From positions 1 through 40,076 of the forward strand of contig OX337243.1 in NCBI GenBank assembly GCA_946965045.2: a DNA stretch of 40,076 nt. Reading direction: 5' to 3'. The notes below the pieces were generated by a model. That model did no database searches. It was not told the origin of the DNA and was given only the letters and a program-made list of their open reading frames with translations. Positions 31,754 to 40,076 of the stretch are shown piece after piece. This stretch comes from Epithemia pelagica (lineage: Eukaryota > Protista > Bacillariophyta). The position numbers and the translations under genes are program-made. Positions within the stretch are counted from its first letter, which is position 1; the number at the start of each line of letters is the position of its first letter.

Positions 31754-33400
31754 ATGTTTTTTATTGGTTTTATTAAAGCAAATTATTTTTTATTTTTTAT
31801 TGAATATTTTATTGGAAGTATTTTAATTTTTATATTAATTGTTTATACATTAATTATTAATAATATTTTTGGTATTTTTGTTTGTAGGGTAATCAGCTAT
31901 TGTTTAAGTTTTATTTTTTTTTTATTAATTTATATGATTTTGAATGATATTTTATTTTTTACTATTGATTTAACTAATTATAATAATATTGGGTTAAATA
32001 AATTACTGATTTTTGATTACATTTCAATTATTTCAAAATTACTTATTTTATTTTTAGCATTTATATTTTTTTTGATTATTACTAATGTTTTAAAATTTTA
32101 CAAATTAACTTCGTTTGAATTTTTAATAATATTAACGTTTAATATATTTGGGTTAATTTTACTTTGTTCCAGTTATGATTTAATAATCATTTTTTTATCA
32201 TTTGAATTGACAGCCTTATCGTCTTATTTTTTGGTATCCTTACGAAAATCATTTAATTATTCGATTGAATCAGGACTAAAATATTTGATTATTGGTACTT
32301 TTTCATCCTCTTTTTTTTTACTTGGCAGTTTTTTACTTTATTATTATTTAGGAACACTTATTTTAGTTGATATTTATTTATTAATTTTTAATATTGAGTA
32401 TTTATTTTTCAACAATTATAGTTTATTATTCAAAAAATTTATTATTAAAGTTGAATTATTCAATATTTTATTAAATATTTACGTGTGTAAGTATTGGTTT
32501 TTAGAATATATTACTTTAAATATCGCTTTATTTAATAATACAAAGCCTATTATTGAATTAGCTTTTTTATTATTATGTTTAAGCATTTTTATTAAAATTG
32601 GATTTGCACCATTTCATATTTGGTCTATTCAAATATACGAAGTATCCGTATCGATTATTGTATTTTTTTTCATGTTATTAGTTAAGTTAAGTTATTTTTT
32701 AATTTTATTTCGAATTTATCATGTTTTTTTTAATATTAATAATACAATTTTTAGTTATTTATTTAATTTTATTGCTTTTTTGAATATATTTATTAGTTCA
32801 TTTTCAAATTTGAAAGAAAAAAAAATTAAAACTTTATTAGTCTATAGTTCACTTAGCCATATTGGTTATATTTTATTAGCATATAATATGAACTGTTTTT
32901 TAGGCTTTGAAATGTTTTATTTTTATATTATTGTTTATTTGTTATCGAACATTATTATTTGGTATACTATTATACAATTAAAGAAACATATTTATTATAA
33001 AAAAAAAATATCAAAAAACATAAGTGATTTTATTTTATTAAATAAAACGAATAAGATATTAGCTTTTGCTTTATTGATCACATTTTTATCAATAGGGGGA
33101 ATACCTCCTTTAATTGGTTTTTTTTCAAAATTAGGTATTTTTTTAGTTTTAATTTCTGAAAAATTTTTTAGTTTTTGTATCTTTATTAGTTTTTGTAGTG
33201 TAGTTTCTATTTTTTATTACTTGCGTTTAATAAAAGTTTTATATTTTGAAAATAAAACGATAGGTGAGCTCTTTCAGCCAATTTGTTCACATAATATATT
33301 TATTTTTATTTATTGTATTTTCAATTTGTTATTTTTGTTTATAAATCCTAAATTATTATATTTAATTGTACATAAAATAATCATATTTGAATATTTATAA
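31754..33400 (+). CDS. nad2: NADH dehydrogenase subunit 2
   Basis: SIESGLKYLIIG, KIGFAPFHIW, YSSLSHIGY and GGIPPLIGF motifs. Confidence 0.98.
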   Translation: MFFIGFIKANYFLFFIEYFIGSILIFILIVYTLIINNIFGIFVCRVISYCLSFIFFLLIYMILNDILFFTIDLTNYNNIGLNKLLIFDYISIISKLLILFLAFIFFLIITNVLKFYKLTSFEFLIILTFNIFGLILLCSSYDLIIIFLSFELTALSSYFLVSLRKSFNYSIESGLKYLIIGTFSSSFFLLGSFLLYYYLGTLILVDIYLLIFNIEYLFFNNYSLLFKKFIIKVELFNILLNIYVCKYWFLEYITLNIALFNNTKPIIELAFLLLCLSIFIKIGFAPFHIWSIQIYEVSVSIIVFFFMLLVKLSYFLILFRIYHVFFNINNTIFSYLFNFIAFLNIFISSFSNLKEKKIKTLLVYSSLSHIGYILLAYNMNCFLGFEMFYFYIIVYLLSNIIIWYTIIQLKKHIYYKKKISKNISDFILLNKTNKILAFALLITFLSIGGIPPLIGFFSKLGIFLVLISEKFFSFCIFISFCSVVSIFYYLRLIKVLYFENKTIGELFQPICSHNIFIFIYCIFNLLFLFINPKLLYLIVHKIIIFEYL

Positions 33401-33655
33401 TAATCAATTTTGATTATCATTTTATTTCACTTTATTAAAATAAAGTCAATTTTGCATAATTATTTGGTCATTTGGTTGAAAAGATATAATTTTAATAAAT
33501 AATTTTGAACCACAAATTTAAAAATTTTATTTAAAAATTGAAAATTTGTGGTTCAAAATTCGTTATATAATAAGGCTTAAATTAGTATCAAAATCACAAA
33601 TCATAGGTAGTAACCTATGATTTTATTTATCTGTTTTGGTTATCCGTTTTTTTAT
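33401..33655. repeat. repeat locus 5: solitary near-complete copy of the unit between nad2 and trnM
   Basis: Contains both main hairpins (TTTTGAACCACAAATTT/AAATTTGTGGTTCAAAA and AAATCATAGGT/ACCTATGATTT). Confidence 0.95.
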
Positions 33656-33656
33656 C

Positions 33657-33728
33657 AGGAATTTGGTAATTGGTTAGCCGATTTAGACTCATGATCTAAA
33701 TTTATAGGTTCAAATCCTATAATTCCTA
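33657..33728 (+). tRNA. trnM: tRNA-Met(CAU), possibly initiator
   Basis: Acceptor AGGAATT/AATTCCT, arm TTAGA-CTCATGA-TCTAA, T arm ATAGG-TTCAAAT-CCTAT. Confidence 0.88.
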
Positions 33729-33733
33729 ATTGA

Positions 33734-34924
33734 ATATTATTCAGTAAAAATAGTAATAAAATTAAAAACTATACAATAAATTTTGGTCCACAACATCCCG
33801 CAGCACATGGTGTATTACGTTTATTAATCGAACTTTCAGGTGAAATAGTATTAAATGCTATTCCACATATCGGCTTATTACATCGCGGAACTGAAAAATT
33901 GATTGAATATAAAACATATTTACAGGCTTTACCATATTTTGATCGATTGGATTATGTTTCAATGATGGCTCAGGAACATGCATATTGTTTAGCAATTGAA
34001 AATTTAACTAATATTAATGTTCCACAAAGAGCCCAATATATTAGAGTCATATTTTCTGAAATTACTCGTATTTTAAACCATTTATTAGCTATAGGTTGTC
34101 ATGCTATGGACGTTGGTGCTATGACCCCTATGCTTTGGGCTTTTGAGGAACGTGAAAAACTTATGGAATTTTATGAGCGTGTTTCTGGAGCTCGTATGCA
34201 TGCAGCATATTTTCGACCAGGTGGTGTAAACAATGACTTTCCTTTTGGTTTAATAAATGACATTTATTTATTTATAATGCAATTTAAAACAAAGATTTTA
34301 GAAATTGAGGAAATGTTAACAAATAATCGAATTTGGAAATTACGGTTAGTTAATATTGGTACTGTATCAAAAAATGATGCATTAAATTGGGGTTTCAGTG
34401 GTGTTATGTTACGAGGTTCAGGCATTAATTGGGACCTTCGAAAATCAGAACCTTATGAAATATATAATTTTTTACAGTTTAAAATACCTGTTGGAAAAAT
34501 TGGTGACTGTTATGATCGTTATTTAATACGGATTTTAGAAATAAAAGAATCACTTTCAATACTATTGCAATGTATCCAAAAATTACCAATTGGTTTAGTT
34601 AAAAATAATGATATAAAAATTACATCACCTTTTAAAATTGAAATGAAACAATCAATGGAGGCATTAATTCATCATTTTAAAATTTATACAACTGGTTTTA
34701 ATATTAAAACAAATGAGTCTTATTCGGCAATTGAAGCACCTAAAGGCGAATTTGGTGTTTATTTAATTTCAAATAATTTTAATAAGCCTTATCGATGCAA
34801 AATTAAAGCACCCGGATTTGGTCATTTACAAGCTTTAAATTTTATGTCAAAATATCATATGATTGCTGATGTAGTTACTATAATTGGAACACAGGATATT
34901 GTTTTTGGTGAAATTGATAGATAA
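33734..34924 (+). CDS. nad7: NADH dehydrogenase subunit 7 (proposed ATA start, 396 aa)
   Basis: Frame open from 33734 reads [30 protein letters not shown]...HRGTEKLIE. The ORF track start (33899) truncates this conserved N-terminus. Confidence 0.97.
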   Translation: MLFSKNSNKIKNYTINFGPQHPAAHGVLRLLIELSGEIVLNAIPHIGLLHRGTEKLIEYKTYLQALPYFDRLDYVSMMAQEHAYCLAIENLTNINVPQRAQYIRVIFSEITRILNHLLAIGCHAMDVGAMTPMLWAFEEREKLMEFYERVSGARMHAAYFRPGGVNNDFPFGLINDIYLFIMQFKTKILEIEEMLTNNRIWKLRLVNIGTVSKNDALNWGFSGVMLRGSGINWDLRKSEPYEIYNFLQFKIPVGKIGDCYDRYLIRILEIKESLSILLQCIQKLPIGLVKNNDIKITSPFKIEMKQSMEALIHHFKIYTTGFNIKTNESYSAIEAPKGEFGVYLISNNFNKPYRCKIKAPGFGHLQALNFMSKYHMIADVVTIIGTQDIVFGEIDR

Positions 34925-34935
34925 AAATTAAAAAA

Positions 34936-35688
34936 ATGTACTTATTTTTATGTGATACACCTACTGGTTTTTTAGGCCTTATTTTTCAAGAGCCAGCAAC
35001 ATCAACTATGGATGGAATATTTTTATTTAATTCGCATTTATTATTTATTATAATAAATATAGTTTTATTTATTTGGTGGTTATTATTTTTAATATCCAAA
35101 AATTTTTTTGATACAAGTAGTTATAAAATAAAAAATTTTTCACACTCAAACATTATTGAAATAGTTTGGACCACAATTCCAGCTTTATTATTATTAAATT
35201 TATCAAGTCCATCATTTTCCTTATTATATAGTTTGGATGAAATTATAACACCACAATTAACTTTGAAAATATTGGGCCATCAATGGTATTGGACCTATGA
35301 ACTATCCGATTATAAATTTTGTTCGCTAATAAATAATGAATTTAAATTTAGTTGTTATTTATTAACAAATGATTTCTTAAAAAACAGCCATAATTTAGGC
35401 TTATTTCGATTACTGGAAACAAATAAACGAGTAGTTTTACCAACTAATACTCATATACGACTATTAGTAACGGCTGTTGATGTATTACATAGTTGGACAA
35501 TCCCATCATTTGGTATTAAAATTGATGCTTGTCCTGGTCGTTTAAATCAAGTAAACTTATTTATAAAACGATTTGGTATTTTTTTTGGGCAATGTAGTGA
35601 AATTTGTGGTGTTAATCATGGTTTCATGCCAATCGTGATAATTGCATGTTCATCAAAGCATTTTTACCATATGGTTTTAAATAATTAA
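34936..35688 (+). CDS. cox2: cytochrome c oxidase subunit 2
   Basis: GHQWYW, DVLHSW and GQCSEICGVNHGFM CuA motifs. Confidence 0.99.
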   Translation: MYLFLCDTPTGFLGLIFQEPATSTMDGIFLFNSHLLFIIINIVLFIWWLLFLISKNFFDTSSYKIKNFSHSNIIEIVWTTIPALLLLNLSSPSFSLLYSLDEIITPQLTLKILGHQWYWTYELSDYKFCSLINNEFKFSCYLLTNDFLKNSHNLGLFRLLETNKRVVLPTNTHIRLLVTAVDVLHSWTIPSFGIKIDACPGRLNQVNLFIKRFGIFFGQCSEICGVNHGFMPIVIIACSSKHFYHMVLNN

Positions 35689-35690
35689 TT

Positions 35691-35774
35691 GGATAAATGG
35701 CTGAATTGGTTAAAGCGGTAGTTTTGAAAACTGTTTTATTTTTTATATTATAGGTTCGAGTCCTATTTTATCCT
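35691..35774 (+). tRNA. trnS: tRNA-Ser(UGA)
   Basis: Acceptor GGATAAA/TTTATCC, loop TTTGAAA, long variable arm. Confidence 0.92.
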
Positions 35775-35786
35775 ATATTTTGTGTT

Positions 35787-36482
35787 TTAATAAGTTTTAT
35801 AATAAGTTTTATAAATTAAGAAAATTATTATTATTTCATAATACAGTAGTATTGCCAATAAATTAAATAGCATATTATTAGTTAGTATTAAAATTATTGA
35901 TAGTATAATAACTATAATTATTTTACGAAATTTTTTAAAATAATATTTTGAAATATGTTGTTTAAATATTATAAATAATATAAAAACAACCAAAAAATAA
36001 TATTGACAACTAATGAAAATATGTTTGGATAGGATAAAATATTGGTTAATTTGAATTTTTAAGTAAACTGATTTAAACAATATATTGTTATCAAATGTTT
36101 GTAAATAACTTATTAAAACTGGCATCACTAAATATAATATTAATATTATATAGTTTATATATAATATTATACCAATATTGTATATATTTATTAATGTTTT
36201 ATATTCGTGTTTATAAAAGCAATATTTTATAAACATTATCAAATGATAATTTATAAAAAATATCAATATATTTAATGTTATATGATAAGTTATATTATAA
36301 TAAACATAAAATAATTCCATAATATTAGTATATATCAAATAAATTTTAAATTTTTTTGTTATTAATAGTTTTATGGATAAGAAAAAAAATATATGTTTAT
36401 AACAGTAAATAGTAATGAAAAAAAGTATAAAACTTGTACAAATTAAAACACTACGATTTTTAATTTCATTTAAAAATTTCAT
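35787..36482 (-). CDS. tatC: twin-arginine translocase subunit TatC (divergent)
   Basis: LNEIKNR, IYCYKH and IYTNIMELF N-terminal motifs; multi-TM protein. Confidence 0.8.
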   Translation of the reverse strand: MKFLNEIKNRSVLICTSFILFFITIYCYKHIFFFLSIKLLITKKFKIYLIYTNIMELFYVYYNITYHITLNILIFFINYHLIMFIKYCFYKHEYKTLINIYNIGIILYINYIILILYLVMPVLISYLQTFDNNILFKSVYLKIQINQYFILSKHIFISCQYYFLVVFILFIIFKQHISKYYFKKFRKIIIVIILSIILILTNNMLFNLLAILLYYEIIIIFLIYKTYYKTY

Positions 36483-36515
36483 AAATTAATTAAATATGTA
36501 TATATTTATATATTT

Positions 36516-36589
36516 AGGAAAATAGTTTAATGGTTCAAAAACATTAATTTCCAAAATTAGTAATAAAGGTTCAATTCCTTTTTTTCCTG
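36516..36589 (+). tRNA. trnW: tRNA-Trp(CCA)
   Basis: Acceptor AGGAAAA/TTTTCCT, arm TTAAT-TTCCAAA-ATTAG. Confidence 0.93.
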
Positions 36590-36720
36590 CTATGTTTTAA
36601 TTTTAATATTTTATTATATATTATTAATAATTTTTTTTTCATTGAAAAAATATTACTAAAAAAAAATAAATAAAATATTCCGATTACTAATAATGATTTG
36701 ATATTAAAAAATAATTTCAT
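36571..36720 (-). CDS. tatA: probable TatA, 49 aa, below the ORF-track cutoff
   Basis: MKLFFNIKSLLVIGIFYLFFFSNIFSMKKKLLIIYNKILKLKHSRKKRN*: N-terminal TM, amphipathic basic helix; lies next to tatC/trnW. Confidence 0.7.
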   Translation of the reverse strand: MKLFFNIKSLLVIGIFYLFFFSNIFSMKKKLLIIYNKILKLKHSRKKRN

Positions 36721-36739
36721 ATTTTTACTATTTAAAGAC

Positions 36740-37171
36740 ATGTTTTATAAAATAAGCCGTATTAATAAGTATTTAATTAAACATAAGGCAAAAAAAATAA
36801 TATTTTTTATTAATAAAAAATATAATCAACAAAATAATAATAGTGAATTTTTTTATAACTTTATAAAATTTAAAGTATCAGCTAATTATTTACTTAAATT
36901 GTACAAATTTTCAATATATAAAATATTATTAAATTTAATTTTTAAAAATTTATTTACAGTACTTATAAATTTCAACAATAATAAAATTTTGTATAATAAT
37001 ATTCCAATAAAGCATATTGTTGCTATTAAATTTAATAAAACATTATATTTAGGTATTTTATATTTATTATTTTTTAGCTTTAATTATTGCCAAAATAAAA
37101 AATTACTTTATAAGTTTCTTTTTACTTTAAAATTAAATATAAGTCAAAAAAATCGAAATAATGTGATTTGA
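36740..37171 (+). CDS. conserved-position ORF (143 aa from ATG 36740), possibly divergent ribosomal protein L10
   Basis: KVSANYLLKLYKFSIYKILLNL and VAIKFNKTLY loosely recall L10 KVKNTLL.. and GGKLE.KIY segments; needs an HMM search. Confidence 0.55.
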   Translation: MFYKISRINKYLIKHKAKKIIFFINKKYNQQNNNSEFFYNFIKFKVSANYLLKLYKFSIYKILLNLIFKNLFTVLINFNNNKILYNNIPIKHIVAIKFNKTLYLGILYLLFFSFNYCQNKKLLYKFLFTLKLNISQKNRNNVI

Positions 37172-37226
37172 ACACATGATTACTAATTCCCAAAATTAGC
37201 ACGCTAACCAACTACGTCATATTTCG
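37153..37226 (-). tRNA. trnP: tRNA-Pro(UGG)
   Basis: Reverse complement: acceptor CGAAATA/TATTTCG, arm CTAAT-TTTGGGA-ATTAG. Confidence 0.92.
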
Positions 37227-37231
37227 TAATT

Positions 37232-37315
37232 TAAAGGTAATAGGATTTGAACCTATGATATTATTATTTAATGGATTTACAATCCATCGCTTTTAACCAA
37301 CTCAGCCATACCTTT
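37232..37315 (-). tRNA. trnY: tRNA-Tyr(GUA)
   Basis: Reverse complement: acceptor AAAGGTA/TACCTTT, arm ATGGA-TTGTAAA-TCCAT, long variable arm. Confidence 0.93.
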
Positions 37316-37319
37316 ATAT

Positions 37320-37823
37320 TTATACTTTTATTCTTTTTAACTTTTTTTTACGGCATCCGTTGTACGAAAAACAATTAAATATTTTTATATTAATTAATAA
37401 TAATTTTTCATACAGTTTATTTAATAACCAATAAATGGTGTAATTTATATTTACTAAATGTATTACAACTTTATTGTTTATCAAAAATTTCAACTTTACA
37501 AAGATAGTTTTAATAAATTTTTGCAGTATTTGAGTAGTTTTATTTTTTTTAATAGTATAACCAAAGTAACCAACTGAATAAAAGTATAATTGATTTCCTA
37601 AACAATCCGTAATATGTACAAATATATTTGATTTTTTAAATATAAATGAAATTATAAAAGTAACTATATTTAATCTGTTTTTAATATTTAGCAATTTAAT
37701 TATTAATGTTTGATTTGATAAGTTATTTAATAATACGATATACTTTTGTAATTTTTTTATTAATAGTCTATTTTTTATTAGTATAGTCAAAAAATTGTTT
37801 TTTTGGAACAAATTATAAATCAA
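37320..37823 (-). CDS. rps11: ribosomal protein S11 (non-ATG start)
   Basis: SNIFVHITDCLGN, YSVGYFG and SYNGCRKKK motifs. Confidence 0.9.
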   Translation of the reverse strand: MIYNLFQKNNFLTILIKNRLLIKKLQKYIVLLNNLSNQTLIIKLLNIKNRLNIVTFIISFIFKKSNIFVHITDCLGNQLYFYSVGYFGYTIKKNKTTQILQKFIKTIFVKLKFLINNKVVIHLVNINYTIYWLLNKLYEKLLLINIKIFNCFSYNGCRKKKLKRIKV

Positions 37824-38593
37824 TGAATTTTTACAAATTTATAAATGGGAAAGCAACAAGCCCGTCAAAACGACATTATTTTAATATTTATTTACATTTT
37901 GAAAAAAAATTTATTTTTAAAAGGCTTTTATTATCAAGGCAACGAGCAATTGGTCGAAATTATAAAGGGACAATTACTATTCGACACAAATCAAGTTTTA
38001 ATAAAAAATTATATCGTAAAATAAAATTTAATTACAGCAACCAACAAAATATAACTGGTATTACATTCAATATTGAATATGACCCATTTCGAAATGCACA
38101 AATAGCATCCATTTTCAATATACAAACAAAATTTTTTTTTTATATAATTTCACCAAAAAATCTAAAAATTGGAAATATAATTAAATTGGGCAAAGAGGCT
38201 GATAACAAATTAGGTCATATAATACCTTTAAAAAAAGTTGTTATAGGATATTGTATTTCTGTAGTTTCAGCAATTCCAAACAGTATTGGGAAATTTGCTC
38301 GTGCTGCTGGTACTTATTGTTTTTTACTTTATAAAAAAAATTCAATTGTAAAATTAATTTTACCATCAAGCCAAAAATTATTAGTATCAATTGATTGTTT
38401 TTGTATGATTGGTTCGATATCAAATGAATTTTATTTTATAAAACAATTAGGTAAAGCTGGTCGATCACGTTGGCTTGGCAACAGGCCAACTGTACGTGGT
38501 GTTGCCATGAATTCATTTGATCATGCTAATGGTGGTGGTAACGGCAAAAAATCATCGTTCAATAAAACACCATGGGGCAAATTGAATAAATAA
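37823..38593 (+). CDS. rpl2: ribosomal protein L2
   Basis: IEYDPFRNA, ARAAGT, GKAGRSRWLGNRPTVRGVAMN and TPWG motifs. Confidence 0.98.
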   Translation: MNFYKFINGKATSPSKRHYFNIYLHFEKKFIFKRLLLSRQRAIGRNYKGTITIRHKSSFNKKLYRKIKFNYSNQQNITGITFNIEYDPFRNAQIASIFNIQTKFFFYIISPKNLKIGNIIKLGKEADNKLGHIIPLKKVVIGYCISVVSAIPNSIGKFARAAGTYCFLLYKKNSIVKLILPSSQKLLVSIDCFCMIGSISNEFYFIKQLGKAGRSRWLGNRPTVRGVAMNSFDHANGGGNGKKSSFNKTPWGKLNK

Positions 38594-39637
38594 ATGCTTA
38601 ATCCAATTATTTTTAGACTATTAAATAAAAATGATTTTATATTTAAACTAACCGAAAACAAATTTATTGATTTTAAAGTTTTTTCAACAATACATAATGA
38701 AATCCAAAATTTTATTAGTTGGTTTTTTCAAAAATATGGCTTATATATTTGTAATTTTAAGCTTTTCATTAAAATTGAAAATTTGTCCATTTTTATTAAT
38801 TATAACAGCCATAAATTTTATTACTTTTATCCTTTAAATTTCAAATTATTACAGAAAGATTCAATATTAAACAGTTTAAATAGTAATTTTTTAATTTTAA
38901 ATTTTAGGTTACATAATTTAAATACATGTTTAAAAAAAATTATATTTAAAAATATTTCAAATATAATTTTTTTTAAATACTATTTTTTATTTTTTCAATT
39001 TGTATCATTTTATTCTGTTTTTAACAGGATAAAGCCACTCAAATTCATGTATTTTATAAAAACAAAATATTACAATATAAGGCAAAATAATTTTATTAAT
39101 AATTTTATTAGTATTTTAATTTTAACATTGAAGTATTTTTTAAATACTAGTACAACAATTTTTATTATCTTTAAGCAAATTAATAAAAATATAAATTTCA
39201 AATATTATTCTAAAATTTTAAAACAACAAATTATCCTATATATTCTAAAATTACGAAAATTTAAAACAAGTCAATTTTTCAAATTAAATTTAAATTATAT
39301 ATTAATAATTTTACATTTACAGTTTAATATTTTTATAATAGCTGAACTTTTAAAGATAAATTTTAACAATTTAAAAACAATAACTGTAAATAGCACATTT
39401 GTTCGGTTTTTAAAAATTAGTTTATATTACATATTGATTTTATCAGCAATTCGTGGTATTAAATTTGTACTTAAAGGAAATTTGACAAAAAATCAACGTG
39501 CTAGTAAAATCCGCTTTTTTATTGGTAATCAACCTAATAACATAAAATTAAACACTACATTTAATTTTATTCAATCCACTTGTTTTACAAAAAAAGGTAC
39601 AATTGGTATTAAAATTTACAGTAATTATGATTATTAA
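38594..39637 (+). CDS. rps3: ribosomal protein S3 (divergent)
   Basis: N-terminal NPIIFRL; C-terminal IRGIKFVLKG..RASK and TKKGTIGIKIY motifs. Confidence 0.9.
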   Translation: MLNPIIFRLLNKNDFIFKLTENKFIDFKVFSTIHNEIQNFISWFFQKYGLYICNFKLFIKIENLSIFINYNSHKFYYFYPLNFKLLQKDSILNSLNSNFLILNFRLHNLNTCLKKIIFKNISNIIFFKYYFLFFQFVSFYSVFNRIKPLKFMYFIKTKYYNIRQNNFINNFISILILTLKYFLNTSTTIFIIFKQINKNINFKYYSKILKQQIILYILKLRKFKTSQFFKLNLNYILIILHLQFNIFIIAELLKINFNNLKTITVNSTFVRFLKISLYYILILSAIRGIKFVLKGNLTKNQRASKIRFFIGNQPNNIKLNTTFNFIQSTCFTKKGTIGIKIYSNYDY

Positions 39638-40025
39638 AAATAGAATATTTAACAATACTCGTAAAGGAAAACTCAAAAAAATTTCCTTAAAAAATAATAA
39701 ATTAAAATTTGGCTTTGTTGGTTTAAAAGCTATTCAATCGGGTATTATTAATTTAAAACAATTAAATACGTTAAAAAATATTATTTTAAAAAAAACTAAA
39801 AATAGAGTAAAATTTTGGTATAAATTGAATAATTATTACCGTATTTCAAAAAAACCAATAAATATAAAAATGGGTAAAGGATCTGGTAAAATTTCATTTT
39901 TTGCTACTAAAATTGTGGCTGGAACTATTTTATTAGAGCTTTGTAGTATAAATACAAAAGTTTTAATAAATATATTACAATTTTGTAAATTTAAATTACC
40001 AATCAAAACTAAAATCGTAACTTAA
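39627..40025 (+). CDS. rpl16: ribosomal protein L16 (ATG 39627)
   Basis: LKFGFVGLKA, KKPINIKMGKGSG and KLPIKTKIV motifs. Confidence 0.96.
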   Translation: MIIKNRIFNNTRKGKLKKISLKNNKLKFGFVGLKAIQSGIINLKQLNTLKNIILKKTKNRVKFWYKLNNYYRISKKPINIKMGKGSGKISFFATKIVAGTILLELCSINTKVLINILQFCKFKLPIKTKIVT

Positions 40026-40076
40026 AATTATAGTTTGAAATGAGCTAATAGTTAATTAACTGTTAATTCATTTTAG

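Noticed and set aside
40038-40073. Imperfect ~16-bp hairpin between rpl16 and trnF
   Set aside because: Real, but an ordinary AT-rich intergenic stem with one mismatch and two G-T pairs; at most a terminator or processing signal.

Overview
The window looks like a complete, circular-mapping, extremely AT-rich mitochondrial genome of a diatom-type stramenopile. The last base (G40076) supplies base 1 of the tRNA-Phe that begins at position 1. It carries nad1-7, nad4L, nad9, a split nad11, cob, cox1-3, atp6/8/9, tatA/tatC, about 15 ribosomal protein genes, rns, rnl, a candidate rrn5 and 17 recognisable tRNAs; I saw no introns. I found no tRNA for Ala, Gly, Asn, Arg, Val or Thr, and no rps13 or rps19. 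About 7.5 kb is one ~305-bp multi-hairpin repeat family at five loci. The most unusual block is 27997-28640: a GC-rich structured island, two adjacent 132-nt palindromes with the same geometry but different sequence, and a 4x14-nt G-quadruplex-type repeat, together a candidate replication/control module. Other highlights: nad11 is split exactly at a degenerate 28-nt tandem duplication (ATA re-initiation or ribosomal hop); an anticodon-less tRNA-like element precedes rns; two reading frames have stops only inside downstream tRNAs; and the only two TGA stops are the antisense of tRNA T-loops. All coordinates and pairings were worked out by hand and no searches were run.
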